A stretch of DNA of 64,000 bases from Candidatus Sungiibacteriota bacterium (GCA_016180435.1 JACPBG010000003.1:13791-77790), one strand, 5' to 3'. Shown: positions 7,665 through 17,387, numbered from the stretch's first letter. The notes: generated by a model not told the origin, from the sequence alone. Program-made: numbers and translations.

Positions 7665-9338
7665 ATGAATGACAAAGAGCAAAATCTAATGGAAAAAATT
7701 GTATCGCTTGCCAAAAGACGGGGGTTTGTGTTTCCGGGTTCGGAAATTTACGGAGGACTTGCCGGAACTTGGGACTATGGGCCTTTGGGCGTGCGTTTGA
7801 AAGAAAATATCAAGCATGAGTGGTGGCGGCACATGCTTCGTGAAGACCGCATTTATCCCTTGGATGCCGCGATTTTGATGAATTCGAAAACTTGGGAGGC
7901 ATCCGGGCACATTGAGCATTTTTCCGACCCCCTAGTTGAGTGTAATAATTGTAATTATAGAGATAGACCAGATCAGTTGGTTGAGAATGAACTTGATTTA
8001 GCAACAGTTAGAAAGGAATTTCTTGTTATTATAGATGATATTGCGGACAAAATAGATTCGGATACGAATAAAGCAAAAGATCTAATGAAATCTGCAAGAA
8101 TTATAATTCAGGACCGCCTAAAAGACAACTCGCTGTCTCCCGAGGAAATATCTGCACTTCAGTCAACAGTTGAAATGATACTTAATCAATCTGAGTATCT
8201 ATTGAAAAAAAGTGGATCTAGTTTGCAAGTTAAAAGCTTTATTATTAAGGAAGTTTCAAATTCTTTAAAATACCATGGAATAGTTTTGCGTAGATATCTT
8301 AATGCTTTTGTGAGGTGTCCAAATTGTGGAGCAAGAAAATGGGGTATACCAAAGCTATTTCAAATGATGTTCAAAACTCATGCCGGACCAGTTGAAAATG
8401 CGTCCACAGTTGTTTATTTGCGTCCGGAAACCGCGCAGGGAATATTCACAAATTTTAAAAATGTGGTGGATTCGTTTCGTCCGGTTTTGCCGTTTGGCAT
8501 TGCGCAAATTGGGAAGGCGTTCAGAAATGAAATCACTCCGCGTAATTTCCTGTTCCGCGCGCGGGAATTTGAACAAATGGAACTTGAATATTTTTGCCAT
8601 CCGGAAAAAGCGGATGAATACTTCACCGATATACGCAATATGCGGATGGAGTGGTTTTTGTCGCTCGGAATCCGGAAAGACAACATACGATTTCGTGATC
8701 ACGCGAAAGACGAACTCGCGCATTATTCCCGTGCTGCCACAGATATTGAATATCGGTTCGGCTTGAATGAGGGCGGATTTTCCGAATTGGAAGGGATTGC
8801 CAATCGCGGAGATTTTGACCTTTCCAACCACGCCAAGCATTCCGGCATTGATTTGAAACTGGAAGGCATAATGCCCCACGTCATCGAGCCGTCGCTTGGG
8901 CTTGACCGTGCGTTTTTGGCGTTTTTGATGGATGCATATTATGAGGAATCCGTTGGAAGTCCGACTTCCAGCGGGAAGTCGGACTTCCCCGGAAAGCGCG
9001 TGGTATTGAAACTTCATCCTCGCCTTGCTCCGCTGAAAGTCGCCGTATTCCCGCTTCTGGCGAACAAACCGCAATTAGTTGAAAAAGCTAGGAGTATTTA
9101 TGTGATGTTGCGGGAGGCCGGAAGCTGGGGGTTGGGGGCCGCGATAGCTTGGGATGATCGTGGAAACATCGGCAAGCGTTATTTCGCGCAGGATGAAATC
9201 GGCACGCCTTGGTGTGTTACCGTAGATTTTCAGACATTGGAAGATGATACCGTGACGGTGCGGGATAGAGATACGGCCAAGCAGGAAAGAATTTCAATCA
9301 GTGAATTGCAAAAATATTTCAGAGAAAAGTTAATTTAA
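7665..9338 (+). CDS. glyQS: Glycyl-tRNA synthetase (alpha2 dimer type)
   Basis: N-terminus MEKIVSLAKRRGFVFPGSEIYGGLAGTWDYGPLG, class II motifs, and the CNNC...CPNCG zinc motif flanking an insertion. Contains an in-frame 34-bp perfect palindrome. Confidence 0.9.
   Translation: MNDKEQNLMEKIVSLAKRRGFVFPGSEIYGGLAGTWDYGPLGVRLKENIKHEWWRHMLREDRIYPLDAAILMNSKTWEASGHIEHFSDPLVECNNCNYRDRPDQLVENELDLATVRKEFLVIIDDIADKIDSDTNKAKDLMKSARIIIQDRLKDNSLSPEEISALQSTVEMILNQSEYLLKKSGSSLQVKSFIIKEVSNSLKYHGIVLRRYLNAFVRCPNCGARKWGIPKLFQMMFKTHAGPVENASTVVYLRPETAQGIFTNFKNVVDSFRPVLPFGIAQIGKAFRNEITPRNFLFRAREFEQMELEYFCHPEKADEYFTDIRNMRMEWFLSLGIRKDNIRFRDHAKDELAHYSRAATDIEYRFGLNEGGFSELEGIANRGDFDLSNHAKHSGIDLKLEGIMPHVIEPSLGLDRAFLAFLMDAYYEESVGSPTSSGKSDFPGKRVVLKLHPRLAPLKVAVFPLLANKPQLVEKARSIYVMLREAGSWGLGAAIAWDDRGNIGKRYFAQDEIGTPWCVTVDFQTLEDDTVTVRDRDTAKQERISISELQKYFREKLI
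8955..8988. repeat. Perfect 15-bp inverted repeat (ggaagtccgacttcc agcg ggaagtcggacttcc) lying in-frame inside glyQS (encodes GSPTSSGKSDFPG)
   Basis: Read directly; each arm is the reverse complement of the other. Confidence 0.85.
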
Positions 9339-9408
9339 TCAACGAATAACGAATCCTGTACGAATATACGAATTGAATTTATAAATTCGTTACGAAATTC
9401 AATATTCG

Positions 9409-10689
9409 TTGATATCAATGTTTAAAAAAATAACTCTTGACAATGGACTGCGCATAATTACCGCTCCCATGCAAGGTACTAACACCGTGACCACGTTGGT
9501 GCTTTGCGGCACGGGTTCGGATTATGAGTCGCAGGAAATAAGCGGGATTTCCCATTTTTTGGAGCACATGTTTTTCAAAGGCACTCAAAAACGTCCCCTT
9601 CCGACTGATATTACGCACGAGTTAGATAGCATGGGCTCGATTTCAAATGCTTTTACTTCGCACGAATTAACCGGATATTTCGTTAAAGCCGGGAAAGAAT
9701 ATTTAGATCGATCGTTTGATATTTTGTCGGATATTTATAAGAATTCGCTTTTGAACGAAGAGGAAATCGAAAGAGAAAAACAGGTGGTAGTTGAAGAAAT
9801 GCACAAAGACCGCGATAATCCCATGCTTTATATCTGGTGGGTGTGGGAGAAATTGCTTTACGGCGATCAACCGGCCGGTTGGGACGTGATTGGGACGGAA
9901 GAGGTTATAAGAAAATTAAAGCGCGAGGATTTTGTAAATTATTTTTTCCATCAGTATGTTGCATCCAATACGGCGATTGTGGTTGCGGGGAATTTTGAAG
10001 AAATATCCATGCAGAAGCGTATTGAAGAAATTTTTGGGGACATAAGGCATGATCCGCCGGTGCGCAAAAAAGCCGACTTTCGTGAGGGACAAAAAGATTC
10101 GGCGCTGGATATCCATTATAAAGAAACCGATCAGACTCATATTACTTTGGGGTTTCGGGGTTATGACGCCAATCATCCCCAGCGCTATGCCGCTGAATTG
10201 CTTGCCGCAATTCTGGGTGCGGGCATGTCCTCGCGCATGTTTACCGAAATTCGGGAACGATTAGGGTTGGCATATGCCGTATCTTCTGTTCATGAGTCAT
10301 ATTCAAACCGCGGTTATCTTGTGACTTACGCGGGTGTGGCGCACGAGAATGTGGAAAAAACAATTCGCGCAATTTTAGGAGAGTACGGGCGGCTTTGTGA
10401 AGAAAAAGTCAGCGATAAGGAGTTTAAAAAAGTTAAGGACTATATCCGTGGTACAACCCTGATCGCGCTTGAATCCTCTAACGCCGTGGCAAGTTTTGTG
10501 GGCGGAGAGGAGATGTTGACCGGCAAGCCCCTGACAATTGATGAAGTTTTTGCTAAGATAGACGCAGTAACACCCGATCAAATCTGCGCGATTGCCAAAG
10601 ACATCATGCGCCCGGAGAGGTTAAATCTTGCCATGATCGGGCCGTGGAGGGACAGCGCATCATTTATTAAGTTGCTTCGGGAATTTTAG
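9409..10689 (+). CDS. M16-family zinc peptidase (insulinase/pitrilysin-like)
   Basis: Inverted zincin motif HFLEHMFFKG (HxxEH), downstream E, and typical M16 length and organisation. Confidence 0.8.
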   Translation: MISMFKKITLDNGLRIITAPMQGTNTVTTLVLCGTGSDYESQEISGISHFLEHMFFKGTQKRPLPTDITHELDSMGSISNAFTSHELTGYFVKAGKEYLDRSFDILSDIYKNSLLNEEEIEREKQVVVEEMHKDRDNPMLYIWWVWEKLLYGDQPAGWDVIGTEEVIRKLKREDFVNYFFHQYVASNTAIVVAGNFEEISMQKRIEEIFGDIRHDPPVRKKADFREGQKDSALDIHYKETDQTHITLGFRGYDANHPQRYAAELLAAILGAGMSSRMFTEIRERLGLAYAVSSVHESYSNRGYLVTYAGVAHENVEKTIRAILGEYGRLCEEKVSDKEFKKVKDYIRGTTLIALESSNAVASFVGGEEMLTGKPLTIDEVFAKIDAVTPDQICAIAKDIMRPERLNLAMIGPWRDSASFIKLLREF

Positions 10690-10701
10690 TTTTTTAGGAA
10701 A

Positions 10702-11745
10702 ATGCCAAATAAAAATTTACAATCCATGCATATTTCTACCGGAACGATAATCCGCCTCTTTTTGATATTTTTTGGAATTATTTTAATTTATATCATCCGC
10801 GATATATTAACCTCGCTACTTTTTGCCGTGATTATCGCATCGGCCCTGGAGCCGTCAATTGAATGGTTGAAATCATACAAAGTTCCGCGCATTGCCGGAG
10901 TGGTGTTGATTTATGTTGCTATTGGCGCCATGCTTTTCTTTTCTCTTTATCTTGTTTTTCCGTTATTTTTTGATGAGTTCAAGGCGATTTCTTCGACATA
11001 TCCGTCTTTGCAAGACCGTTTGATTTCTGAACTTCAGCGCGTTGATATTTTGCCTTTTGGAGAATATTTACGCGGCAATGTAGAAGAGGTTATCCAAATA
11101 CCCGCGGGTTTTTTCGGGCAATTGAGCGGGGGCGTAATAAATTTCGCTTCAGCCGTATTTGGCGGGGTATTCTCTTTTTTTCTTATCATAATTTTTTCTT
11201 TTTATCTGGCGACGCAGGAAAAAGGAATTGAGAGTTTTTTGCGTCTGATCGCGCCGGTTGAATACGAGCCGTATTTAATAGATTTGTGGCATCGGTCGCA
11301 AAGAAAATTGGGGCGCTGGCTAAGGGCGCAGATGCTTCTGGGCGCGATTGTCGGTGTTTTAATATTTTTTGGGCTTACTATTCTGGGAGTCGAGCATGCC
11401 ATGTTTTTTGCGATGCTGGCAGCGCTATTTGAGGTTATTCCGGTGGTTGGGCCGATTTTGGCTGCGGTTCCTGCGGTTCTTGTATCGGTTTTTGTATCAC
11501 CCATGTTTGCGATATGGGTTGTTGTACTATACATCGCGGTTCAACAATTGGAGTCGCATGTGATTGTGCCTGTTGTTATGCGTACCACTATTGGTTTAAG
11601 TCCGTTGATCGTGGTGCTGGCTTTATTGATTGGCGCGAAATTGGGCGGGATTTTCGGGATTTTGCTTGCGGTGCCTTTGACCGCGATTGGGGCGGAGTTG
11701 ATTAATGATTGGGATAAAAAAAAGAGGGCGCTAATACCGGAGTAG
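10702..11745 (+). CDS. AI-2E family transporter (PerM/YhhT-like, UPF0118)
   Basis: Polytopic membrane protein with the AI-2E-typical topology and conserved C-terminal region (AVPLTAIG). Confidence 0.65.
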   Translation: MPNKNLQSMHISTGTIIRLFLIFFGIILIYIIRDILTSLLFAVIIASALEPSIEWLKSYKVPRIAGVVLIYVAIGAMLFFSLYLVFPLFFDEFKAISSTYPSLQDRLISELQRVDILPFGEYLRGNVEEVIQIPAGFFGQLSGGVINFASAVFGGVFSFFLIIIFSFYLATQEKGIESFLRLIAPVEYEPYLIDLWHRSQRKLGRWLRAQMLLGAIVGVLIFFGLTILGVEHAMFFAMLAALFEVIPVVGPILAAVPAVLVSVFVSPMFAIWVVVLYIAVQQLESHVIVPVVMRTTIGLSPLIVVLALLIGAKLGGIFGILLAVPLTAIGAELINDWDKKKRALIPE

Positions 11746-11766
11746 GGGCGGTATTCCTCGGTAATA

Positions 11767-11950
11767 TGATTTTGAAACACATGCGGCCGTCCAGCGACGG
11801 CCGCATTAAGCATCCGGCGCGCGCCGAGCACTTAATTTATCAAAAATAGTTCCCGAGCTTGTCGAGGGACTACCTTTAGTGAAGTCAATACCGCAATCGT
11901 GGGTTGAGTGCTCGGACCATGCCGCGCGCCTTCTGATTGTTTCAAAATCA
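11767..11950. repeat. Palindromic MITE-like structured element, copy 2 (about 184 bp), homologous to 7286..7482
   Basis: TIRs tgattttgaaaca / tgtttcaaaatca; hairpin tgcggccgtccagcgacggccgca; internal IR ...ccgagcactta / ...gagtgctcgg. The stems differ from copy 1 by compensatory changes. Confidence 0.8.
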
Positions 11951-12004
11951 CATCACCTCGACCGCCCCACTCTGATATTTTATTAAAAGAAGATTTGCTA
12001 AATG

Positions 12005-12040
12005 TAGCTCAACGGAAACGTTGAGCTATCGATTTTGTTT
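12005..12040 (+). terminator. Rho-independent terminator (tagctcaacg-GAAA-cgttgagcta + T-run)
   Basis: Perfect 10-bp stem with a GNRA loop, followed by tcgattttgttt. Confidence 0.55.
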
Positions 12041-12106
12041 GACAATAGAATATGGGTAGTGTATCCTTATTTCAGAACTTTAGACATGAATTTATAGAGG
12101 CGAACA

Positions 12107-12304
12107 ATGTCCAGAGTTAAAAGAACTAGCACGGATAAGTTCGGAGAACACATTGACGAAATAATTAATCTTTTTCGCGGTGCCGATAAGAAAAAGTTGA
12201 AAGCCGCCACTGCGTCCAAAGATCCGGAAAAAATGATCGAAGCACTCGATGTTACAAAAAAAGAGTTAAAGGCGCTCCATGAAAGAGGAAGAAAGTTGTG
12301 TTGA
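12107..12304 (+). CDS. Small charged hypothetical protein (65 aa)
   Basis: Upstream TTGACA-N17-TATCCT-like promoter (12040-12070). The product is charged and helical, and is preferred over the antisense 98-aa ORF. Confidence 0.35.
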   Translation: MSRVKRTSTDKFGEHIDEIINLFRGADKKKLKAATASKDPEKMIEALDVTKKELKALHERGRKLC

Positions 12305-12383
12305 GTATTTTGAGCGAAACTTTTAAAGAACTGGCCCCCCCTGGTATTAGGTGAATCCATCAAGAAATAACTTGATGGAATTT

Positions 12384-12878
12384 TTATATGAGAAAATAAA
12401 CCGCGATTAAAAGAATGGCAAGTTGAAATGGGACGCCAATCAGGGGGTAGGGTCCGAGGCGGATTCGGGTGTGCATGCGATTATGGAAGCGGTGGACGGG
12501 TTCAAGAAATTTTAATCCGAGAATCGTATAAACTCCTTGTAAAAAATCAGGAAGGCAGCTGCCTACAGCGGCAAGTCCCATCCAAATTATGGTTTCAAAC
12601 GACACGGGTCCGACGATGAACCACATTAAAGCAAGTCCCAAAGTCCCGTCCAGTGACATTTTTATGAAATCCCCGCCAAACTTCGGATGGCGAATACTGA
12701 TTTTTTTTACATTCGTCGATTCATCTCTTTCGGGCGAGTGAAGTTCATAATCCCAATGAGGGATGGCATCGGATAGATAGTGTGTTGCGAGTGCAATAAC
12801 AAAAGTAAGCGCAGGATGGACATGCGCGATAGGCCGGGTTATGGCGGCGGCAATGGCTATATGGGTGGTAAGGGTCAT
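12384..12878 (-). CDS. Membrane-bound metal-dependent hydrolase-like protein (YdjM/DUF457-like)
   Basis: Multi-TM protein with the motif HYLSDAIPHWDY (H...D...H). Confidence 0.45.
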   Translation of the reverse strand: MTLTTHIAIAAAITRPIAHVHPALTFVIALATHYLSDAIPHWDYELHSPERDESTNVKKISIRHPKFGGDFIKMSLDGTLGLALMWFIVGPVSFETIIWMGLAAVGSCLPDFLQGVYTILGLKFLEPVHRFHNRMHTRIRLGPYPLIGVPFQLAILLIAVYFLI

Positions 12879-12965
12879 GAAGACAAATTTTCAATTTTTA
12901 ATTATCAATTTCCAAACAAATAAAGTATAACATTATTAGATAAAAAAAGAAGCGCTGGTGGGCGC

Positions 12966-13427
12966 TTAGATTTTTTTATTGAGGCGGGCCCTGATTCTGA
13001 GAAGATCGATATCGTTGTCTATGCGGCGTAAGAAGAGTTTGTTGTCTCTAATTTCGGTCGGGTATCGTGCTTCGTCGGGGAAGAGAATGATGATTGCTAT
13101 GCTATTTTCTGAGATCTTTTTGAGTGTCGCATGCAGATAGGAATCGCTAACGAGAATATCCAGCTGTTCCCGACAATCTTCGGGCTGGATTTTATCGGAG
13201 CAACTGAATTGACCCGTTTCCAGCAGTGCTTTACGATTCCTGTCTATTTTTATGGATTGAACCCCCTTTTCTTTTACTTCCCGAATAATCCTATTTGCTG
13301 CGATTTCTGGCGACGAGGTTGATTGCGAATGCCGTGAAACGATATCTATTGGAAAGAGTGCTCCTAGAAAGAAAGATAGAATAAATATTCCGGCAAAGGC
13401 GAGATAGCACCTGGTATGATTGTTCAT
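12966..13427 (-). CDS. Membrane-anchored hypothetical protein
   Basis: Start chosen at MNNHTRCYLAF because GAGGAG sits 4 nt upstream (reverse complement of 13428-13445). An N-terminal TM segment is present. Confidence 0.45.
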   Translation of the reverse strand: MNNHTRCYLAFAGIFILSFFLGALFPIDIVSRHSQSTSSPEIAANRIIREVKEKGVQSIKIDRNRKALLETGQFSCSDKIQPEDCREQLDILVSDSYLHATLKKISENSIAIIILFPDEARYPTEIRDNKLFLRRIDNDIDLLRIRARLNKKI

Positions 13428-13460
13428 AAAACTCCTCAATTTGAAGGAACGATAAGATAT

Positions 13461-14972
13461 ATGTATCATAAAGCTATTATGCCGTCAAGCGAAAAGGAAA
13501 CTTTCTATATAACCACCACCCTGCCTTATGTAAATGCGGATCCGCATATCGGGTTTGCTTTGGAAATTATTCAGGCCGATGTGATCGCGCGGTATAAGCG
13601 TCAGCAGGGGTATGATGTAATATTTAATACAGGCACGGATGAGCACGGGTTAAAAATTTATCGCAGGGCGCTTGAAGAAAAAAAAGATCCGCAAAAATAC
13701 GTGGACGAACTTGCTCCGCGATTTGAACGCCTGAAATCCGCGCTTAATTTAAGTTACACCCATTTTATCCGCACCACCGATCCGCATCACAAGCTCGCGG
13801 CACAGGAATTTTGGAAACGGTGCCGGGCCGCGGGTGATATATATAAAGCGGCGTATCATACCAAATATTGCGTGGGATGCGAGCTTGAAAAGACCGACTC
13901 CGAACTTGAAGATGATCGCTGTCCCGTCCATCCCAATCTGCAAGTTGAGATAATTGAAGAAGAGAATTATTTTTTCAGATTTTCCAAATATGAAAAACCG
14001 CTTCTCGGATTCTTCGCAGAGAATTCAAAATTCGTACTTCCGGAACACCGTTTTAACGAGGTTAAAAATTTTGTGGCTTCGGGTCTGCGTGATTTCAGTA
14101 TTTCGCGCCGATCCGAGAAAATGCCATGGGGCGTTTCGGTCCCGGATGATCCGGAGCATGTTATGTATGTCTGGTTTGATGCTCTGGTAAATTACATTTC
14201 CACCCTGGGCTGGCCGGAAGATAGGGTAAATTTTAGCGCATACTGGCCGGGCATGCAGGTTGCGGGAAAAGACAATTTGAGGCAGCAGGCCGCTATGTGG
14301 CAGGCTATGCTTTTGTCTGCGGGGATTCCCAATTCAAAACAGATTTTTATCCACGGATTCATTACGGTAGACGGAGAGAAGATGTCAAAGTCCCGCGGAA
14401 ATGTAATTGATCCGGCGGAGCTTGTTCAAAAATATAGCACAGATTCAGTTCGATATTATCTGCTGCGTGAAATTCCGTCCGGCGAGGACGGGGACTTTTC
14501 ATATAAAAAATTTGAAGATAGATACAACGGGGATTTAGCCAATGGACTGGGGAACCTGGTCGCAAGAGTTGTAACGCTTGCGACCAAAGTCAAAAGTCCC
14601 GCCAGGGGCGAGGCTCGCTTGAGGCGGCAAAAACCAAAAGCCAAAACCGAAGTTCAAAATATAAAATTAATCCCTGAACTGAAAAATGTAAAAGAAAATT
14701 ATGAAAAGGCGATGGAGGAGGTACGGCTGATTGAGGCGCTGGAAGAAGTATGGAAATTAATTCATATAGCGGATAAATATGTGAATGAAGAAAAACCATG
14801 GGAAAATAAAAAGCCGGAAGTGATTTCCGATCTTTTGTTTCTGATTCTTGAAATCGCGTCTTTGCTTAACCCGTTTTTGCCCGAAACCGTGGAAAAAATA
14901 AGGGAACAGATAAAAATTGCCGACGGTCAATTTGAGATAAAAAAAAGCGAAAATTTGTTTCCACGGCTATGA
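13461..14972 (+). CDS. metG: Methionyl-tRNA synthetase
   Basis: PYVNADPHIGFALE (HIGH-type), KMSKSRGNVIDP, and an anticodon-binding helical domain. The alternative start at 13479 is equally plausible. Contains the in-frame 35-bp palindromic element at 14598-14633. Confidence 0.88.
   Translation: MYHKAIMPSSEKETFYITTTLPYVNADPHIGFALEIIQADVIARYKRQQGYDVIFNTGTDEHGLKIYRRALEEKKDPQKYVDELAPRFERLKSALNLSYTHFIRTTDPHHKLAAQEFWKRCRAAGDIYKAAYHTKYCVGCELEKTDSELEDDRCPVHPNLQVEIIEEENYFFRFSKYEKPLLGFFAENSKFVLPEHRFNEVKNFVASGLRDFSISRRSEKMPWGVSVPDDPEHVMYVWFDALVNYISTLGWPEDRVNFSAYWPGMQVAGKDNLRQQAAMWQAMLLSAGIPNSKQIFIHGFITVDGEKMSKSRGNVIDPAELVQKYSTDSVRYYLLREIPSGEDGDFSYKKFEDRYNGDLANGLGNLVARVVTLATKVKSPARGEARLRRQKPKAKTEVQNIKLIPELKNVKENYEKAMEEVRLIEALEEVWKLIHIADKYVNEEKPWENKKPEVISDLLFLILEIASLLNPFLPETVEKIREQIKIADGQFEIKKSENLFPRL
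14598..14633. repeat. GGCGAGGCTCGC-centred palindromic element (cccgccaggggcgaggctcgcttgaggcggcaaaa) in-frame in metG (SPARGEARLRRQK)
   Basis: Near-identical to 18065-18098 in leuS. Related copies lie at 49555-49600 (topA) and 63625-63659 (pth). Confidence 0.85.
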
Positions 14973-15221
14973 TTTTTTGGATCGTCCAGTGGCGTATCTG
15001 TGCCGATCGATGTGGGTACGTTTGGCTTTGAATTTTTGTTCCAGCTCGTAATTCCTGCAGTAATTGCACACTGTGTTTGGCCAGCGACACCTACATTTTT
15101 GGTCATTAAGCTTATCTTGCGCAGCAGATAAATTATGAGACATGATTATCACTTTTAAAAAACTTATTCTATTGATAGCACGGGGGCTATATTTACGTCA
15201 AGCATTAAGGGTTAATAAAAA

Positions 15222-15245
15222 AGCGGAAATTTGTTTCCGCTATTA
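15222..15245 (-). terminator. Terminator hairpin gcggaaacaaatttccgc + T-run, reading on the minus strand
   Basis: Perfect 7-bp stem followed by ttttttatt on the minus strand, downstream of the 15272..15526 gene. Confidence 0.5.
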
Positions 15246-15271
15246 TGGCGTTTATTTCCGCTGTTGTAAAA

Positions 15272-15526
15272 CTATCGGAGTATTTTGATCGTTTTTGGTA
15301 CTTCGTGCGAGAAAGTATACATTGCCTTGCATTCCAGGCATTGTACCACTATGTACCCTACGTACTCTACGTAATGTTTGGGGGAGATGAAGGAGAAGGT
15401 CGTTTCCACGGCATGCCGGTGACTTGGTGCGCCGTCGCAATAATAGCGACCACCATTTTTGGAAACCACCTCTGCTTTTACGACAAATTGTGATATGTCG
15501 TTCGGTACGAAAAGGGGACGTGCCAT
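15272..15526 (-). CDS. Small hypothetical protein (84 aa, Cys-containing)
   Basis: GGAG lies 7 nt upstream of the ATG (GGAGTAAAAAGATGG) and a terminator lies downstream. No recognisable family. Confidence 0.45.
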   Translation of the reverse strand: MARPLFVPNDISQFVVKAEVVSKNGGRYYCDGAPSHRHAVETTFSFISPKHYVEYVGYIVVQCLECKAMYTFSHEVPKTIKILR

Positions 15527-15577
15527 CTTTTTACTCCAGTATAAGATCTGGGATTAGTTTATCAGAAGACCATAATC

Positions 15578-16459
15578 ATGTCAACTCTAAAGTTATTTGA
15601 TGTCCATACTCATACTCAATTTGCCGCATTTAAGGATGAAATCGATGTGGTGATTAAACGCGCGCTGGACGCCGGGATCTGGTTGGTAAATGTGGGAACC
15701 CAGCGCGATACTTCGGCCAAGGCAGTTGAAATAGCGAATAAATATTCGGAGGGAGTATATGCAACAGTCGGGCTTCATCCTATTCATACGGAAAAGTCAT
15801 TCCACGACGAAAAAGAATTGGGTGCGTTAGTGTTCTCTAATTCGCGCGAATTAGAGAATAAGAACTTGCCTGGATTTTTAAGTCGAGCAGAAGAATTTGA
15901 TTATGAGTATTACAAAAAATTAGCCGAAGATCCGAAAGTTGTTGCGATCGGGGAGTGCGGGCTGGACTATTATAGAACTAAGAATTTAGAACTTAGAACT
16001 AAGCAGTTTGATACTTTTAAAAAACAGATTGAGTTGGCGGTTGAATTAAAAAAACCATTGATGATTCATTGCCGTAACGCCTTTGAAGATTTGATCGACA
16101 TTCTACAAACTACAAACTATAAACTAAAATCCGGTATAATACATTTTTTCTCCGGTACCGTAGAAGATGCGCGAAAACTTTTGGATCTCGGATTTTCATT
16201 TTCTTTCGGTGGTGTTATAACGTTTACCCGAGATTACGATGAAGTCGTGAAATATATGCCACTGGAGCGAATCTTGCTGGAGACCGATGCGCCATATGTG
16301 GCACCGGTTCCATATCGCGGGAAACGCAATGAACCATTGTATGTTGTGGAAGTAGCAAAAAAAATAGCGGAGCTTAAAGCCGTTGCGCCAGGCGATATAG
16401 AAAGAATTACAACCGAAAACGCCTTGAAAATATTCGGAATAAAAAATGACCGCGATTAG
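15578..16459 (+). CDS. tatD: TatD-family metal-dependent deoxyribonuclease/hydrolase
   Basis: LFDVHTHTQF (HxH), a conserved E, and an HF.S..GG motif. Contains in-frame GAACTTAGAA and CTACAAACTA repeat insertions (15974-16003, 16108-16135). Confidence 0.8.
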   Translation: MSTLKLFDVHTHTQFAAFKDEIDVVIKRALDAGIWLVNVGTQRDTSAKAVEIANKYSEGVYATVGLHPIHTEKSFHDEKELGALVFSNSRELENKNLPGFLSRAEEFDYEYYKKLAEDPKVVAIGECGLDYYRTKNLELRTKQFDTFKKQIELAVELKKPLMIHCRNAFEDLIDILQTTNYKLKSGIIHFFSGTVEDARKLLDLGFSFSFGGVITFTRDYDEVVKYMPLERILLETDAPYVAPVPYRGKRNEPLYVVEVAKKIAELKAVAPGDIERITTENALKIFGIKNDRD

Positions 16460-16466
16460 TGCGGTC

Positions 16467-17387
16467 TTATTCGTATACATATGTTAGCCAGCGCGAGTAT
16501 TCCGGATGTTTCCCGCGCACCACCTCGGCGTAAAGATTCGCAAACTGCGTAGTAACTTTATCCGATTTGCTGGTCCATGGGGTAATTTGCCCCATGGATT
16601 CGCGTTGGATTTCAACAACCAGAAGAACTTCCATGGCGGTGCCGCAAAGAAACACCTCATCGCTTTTGAAAAGCGCCTCCGGCGTGATCAATGTCTCCTC
16701 TACGCGGTAGCCGTAGTCACGCGCCAGTACCAGGATCGTTTGTCGCGTAACCCCGTCTAATATTGATCCTTTTGACGGCGTATATATATTTCCGTTTGTA
16801 ACCATAAAAATATTTTCTGCAGATCCTTCGGCAACCATTCCCATCCAATCCAGAAGTATGGCTTCGTCGAATCCGGAATCCAGAGCATCGCGAAGCGCCA
16901 AAATTGAGTTTACGTAGTGCCCGCTGATTTTTGCTTCAACGTGGGTGCTTCGCGGGTCAATTCGCAGATATTTTGAAATTTTGGCGCGGATTTGTTCGTG
17001 TTCCAAGCGTTTGTTCCAGGAAAATACGGCAATCGCGACATCAGTTTTTTCTCCGAGGCGTAGTCCCAGGCGTTCTTCTCCGTACCAAGCGATTGGGCGA
17101 ATATATCCTTCGCGGAGTCCGCTTTTTTTGATCAGTTCTTTTATGGCATCCGTGAGTACTTCCGGCGAATAGCGCAGGATCATATATGCTTTGCGCTGGG
17201 AATAGTCAAAACGCTCCAGGTGCTTATCGAGCCGGAAAATAGCCGGACCGCGTTCTTCGGTGTCGTAAAAGCGTATTCCTTCAAATACTCCCATGCCGTA
17301 ATGAAGCCCCTGGCAGAAAATATTGGTTTTGGCATTTCGTCCGTCTATGATCTTGCCATTTTTCCAGACGTATTTTGAAAGCACCAC
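16467..17387 (-). CDS. ilvE: Branched-chain amino acid aminotransferase (class IV PLP enzyme)
   Basis: Class IV fold motifs (EGIRFYDT, LDKHLERF, catalytic Lys region) and 306 aa. Confidence 0.8.
   Translation of the reverse strand: MVLSKYVWKNGKIIDGRNAKTNIFCQGLHYGMGVFEGIRFYDTEERGPAIFRLDKHLERFDYSQRKAYMILRYSPEVLTDAIKELIKKSGLREGYIRPIAWYGEERLGLRLGEKTDVAIAVFSWNKRLEHEQIRAKISKYLRIDPRSTHVEAKISGHYVNSILALRDALDSGFDEAILLDWMGMVAEGSAENIFMVTNGNIYTPSKGSILDGVTRQTILVLARDYGYRVEETLITPEALFKSDEVFLCGTAMEVLLVVEIQRESMGQITPWTSKSDKVTTQFANLYAEVVRGKHPEYSRWLTYVYE

Noticed and set aside
14967-15152. 61-aa minus-strand ORF with 4 Cys (CRCRWPNTVCNYCRNYE), considered as ribosomal protein L33/L28-like
   Set aside because: The Cys spacing and flanking residues do not fit the L33 zinc-ribbon pattern, and no RBS is evident. 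Not called.
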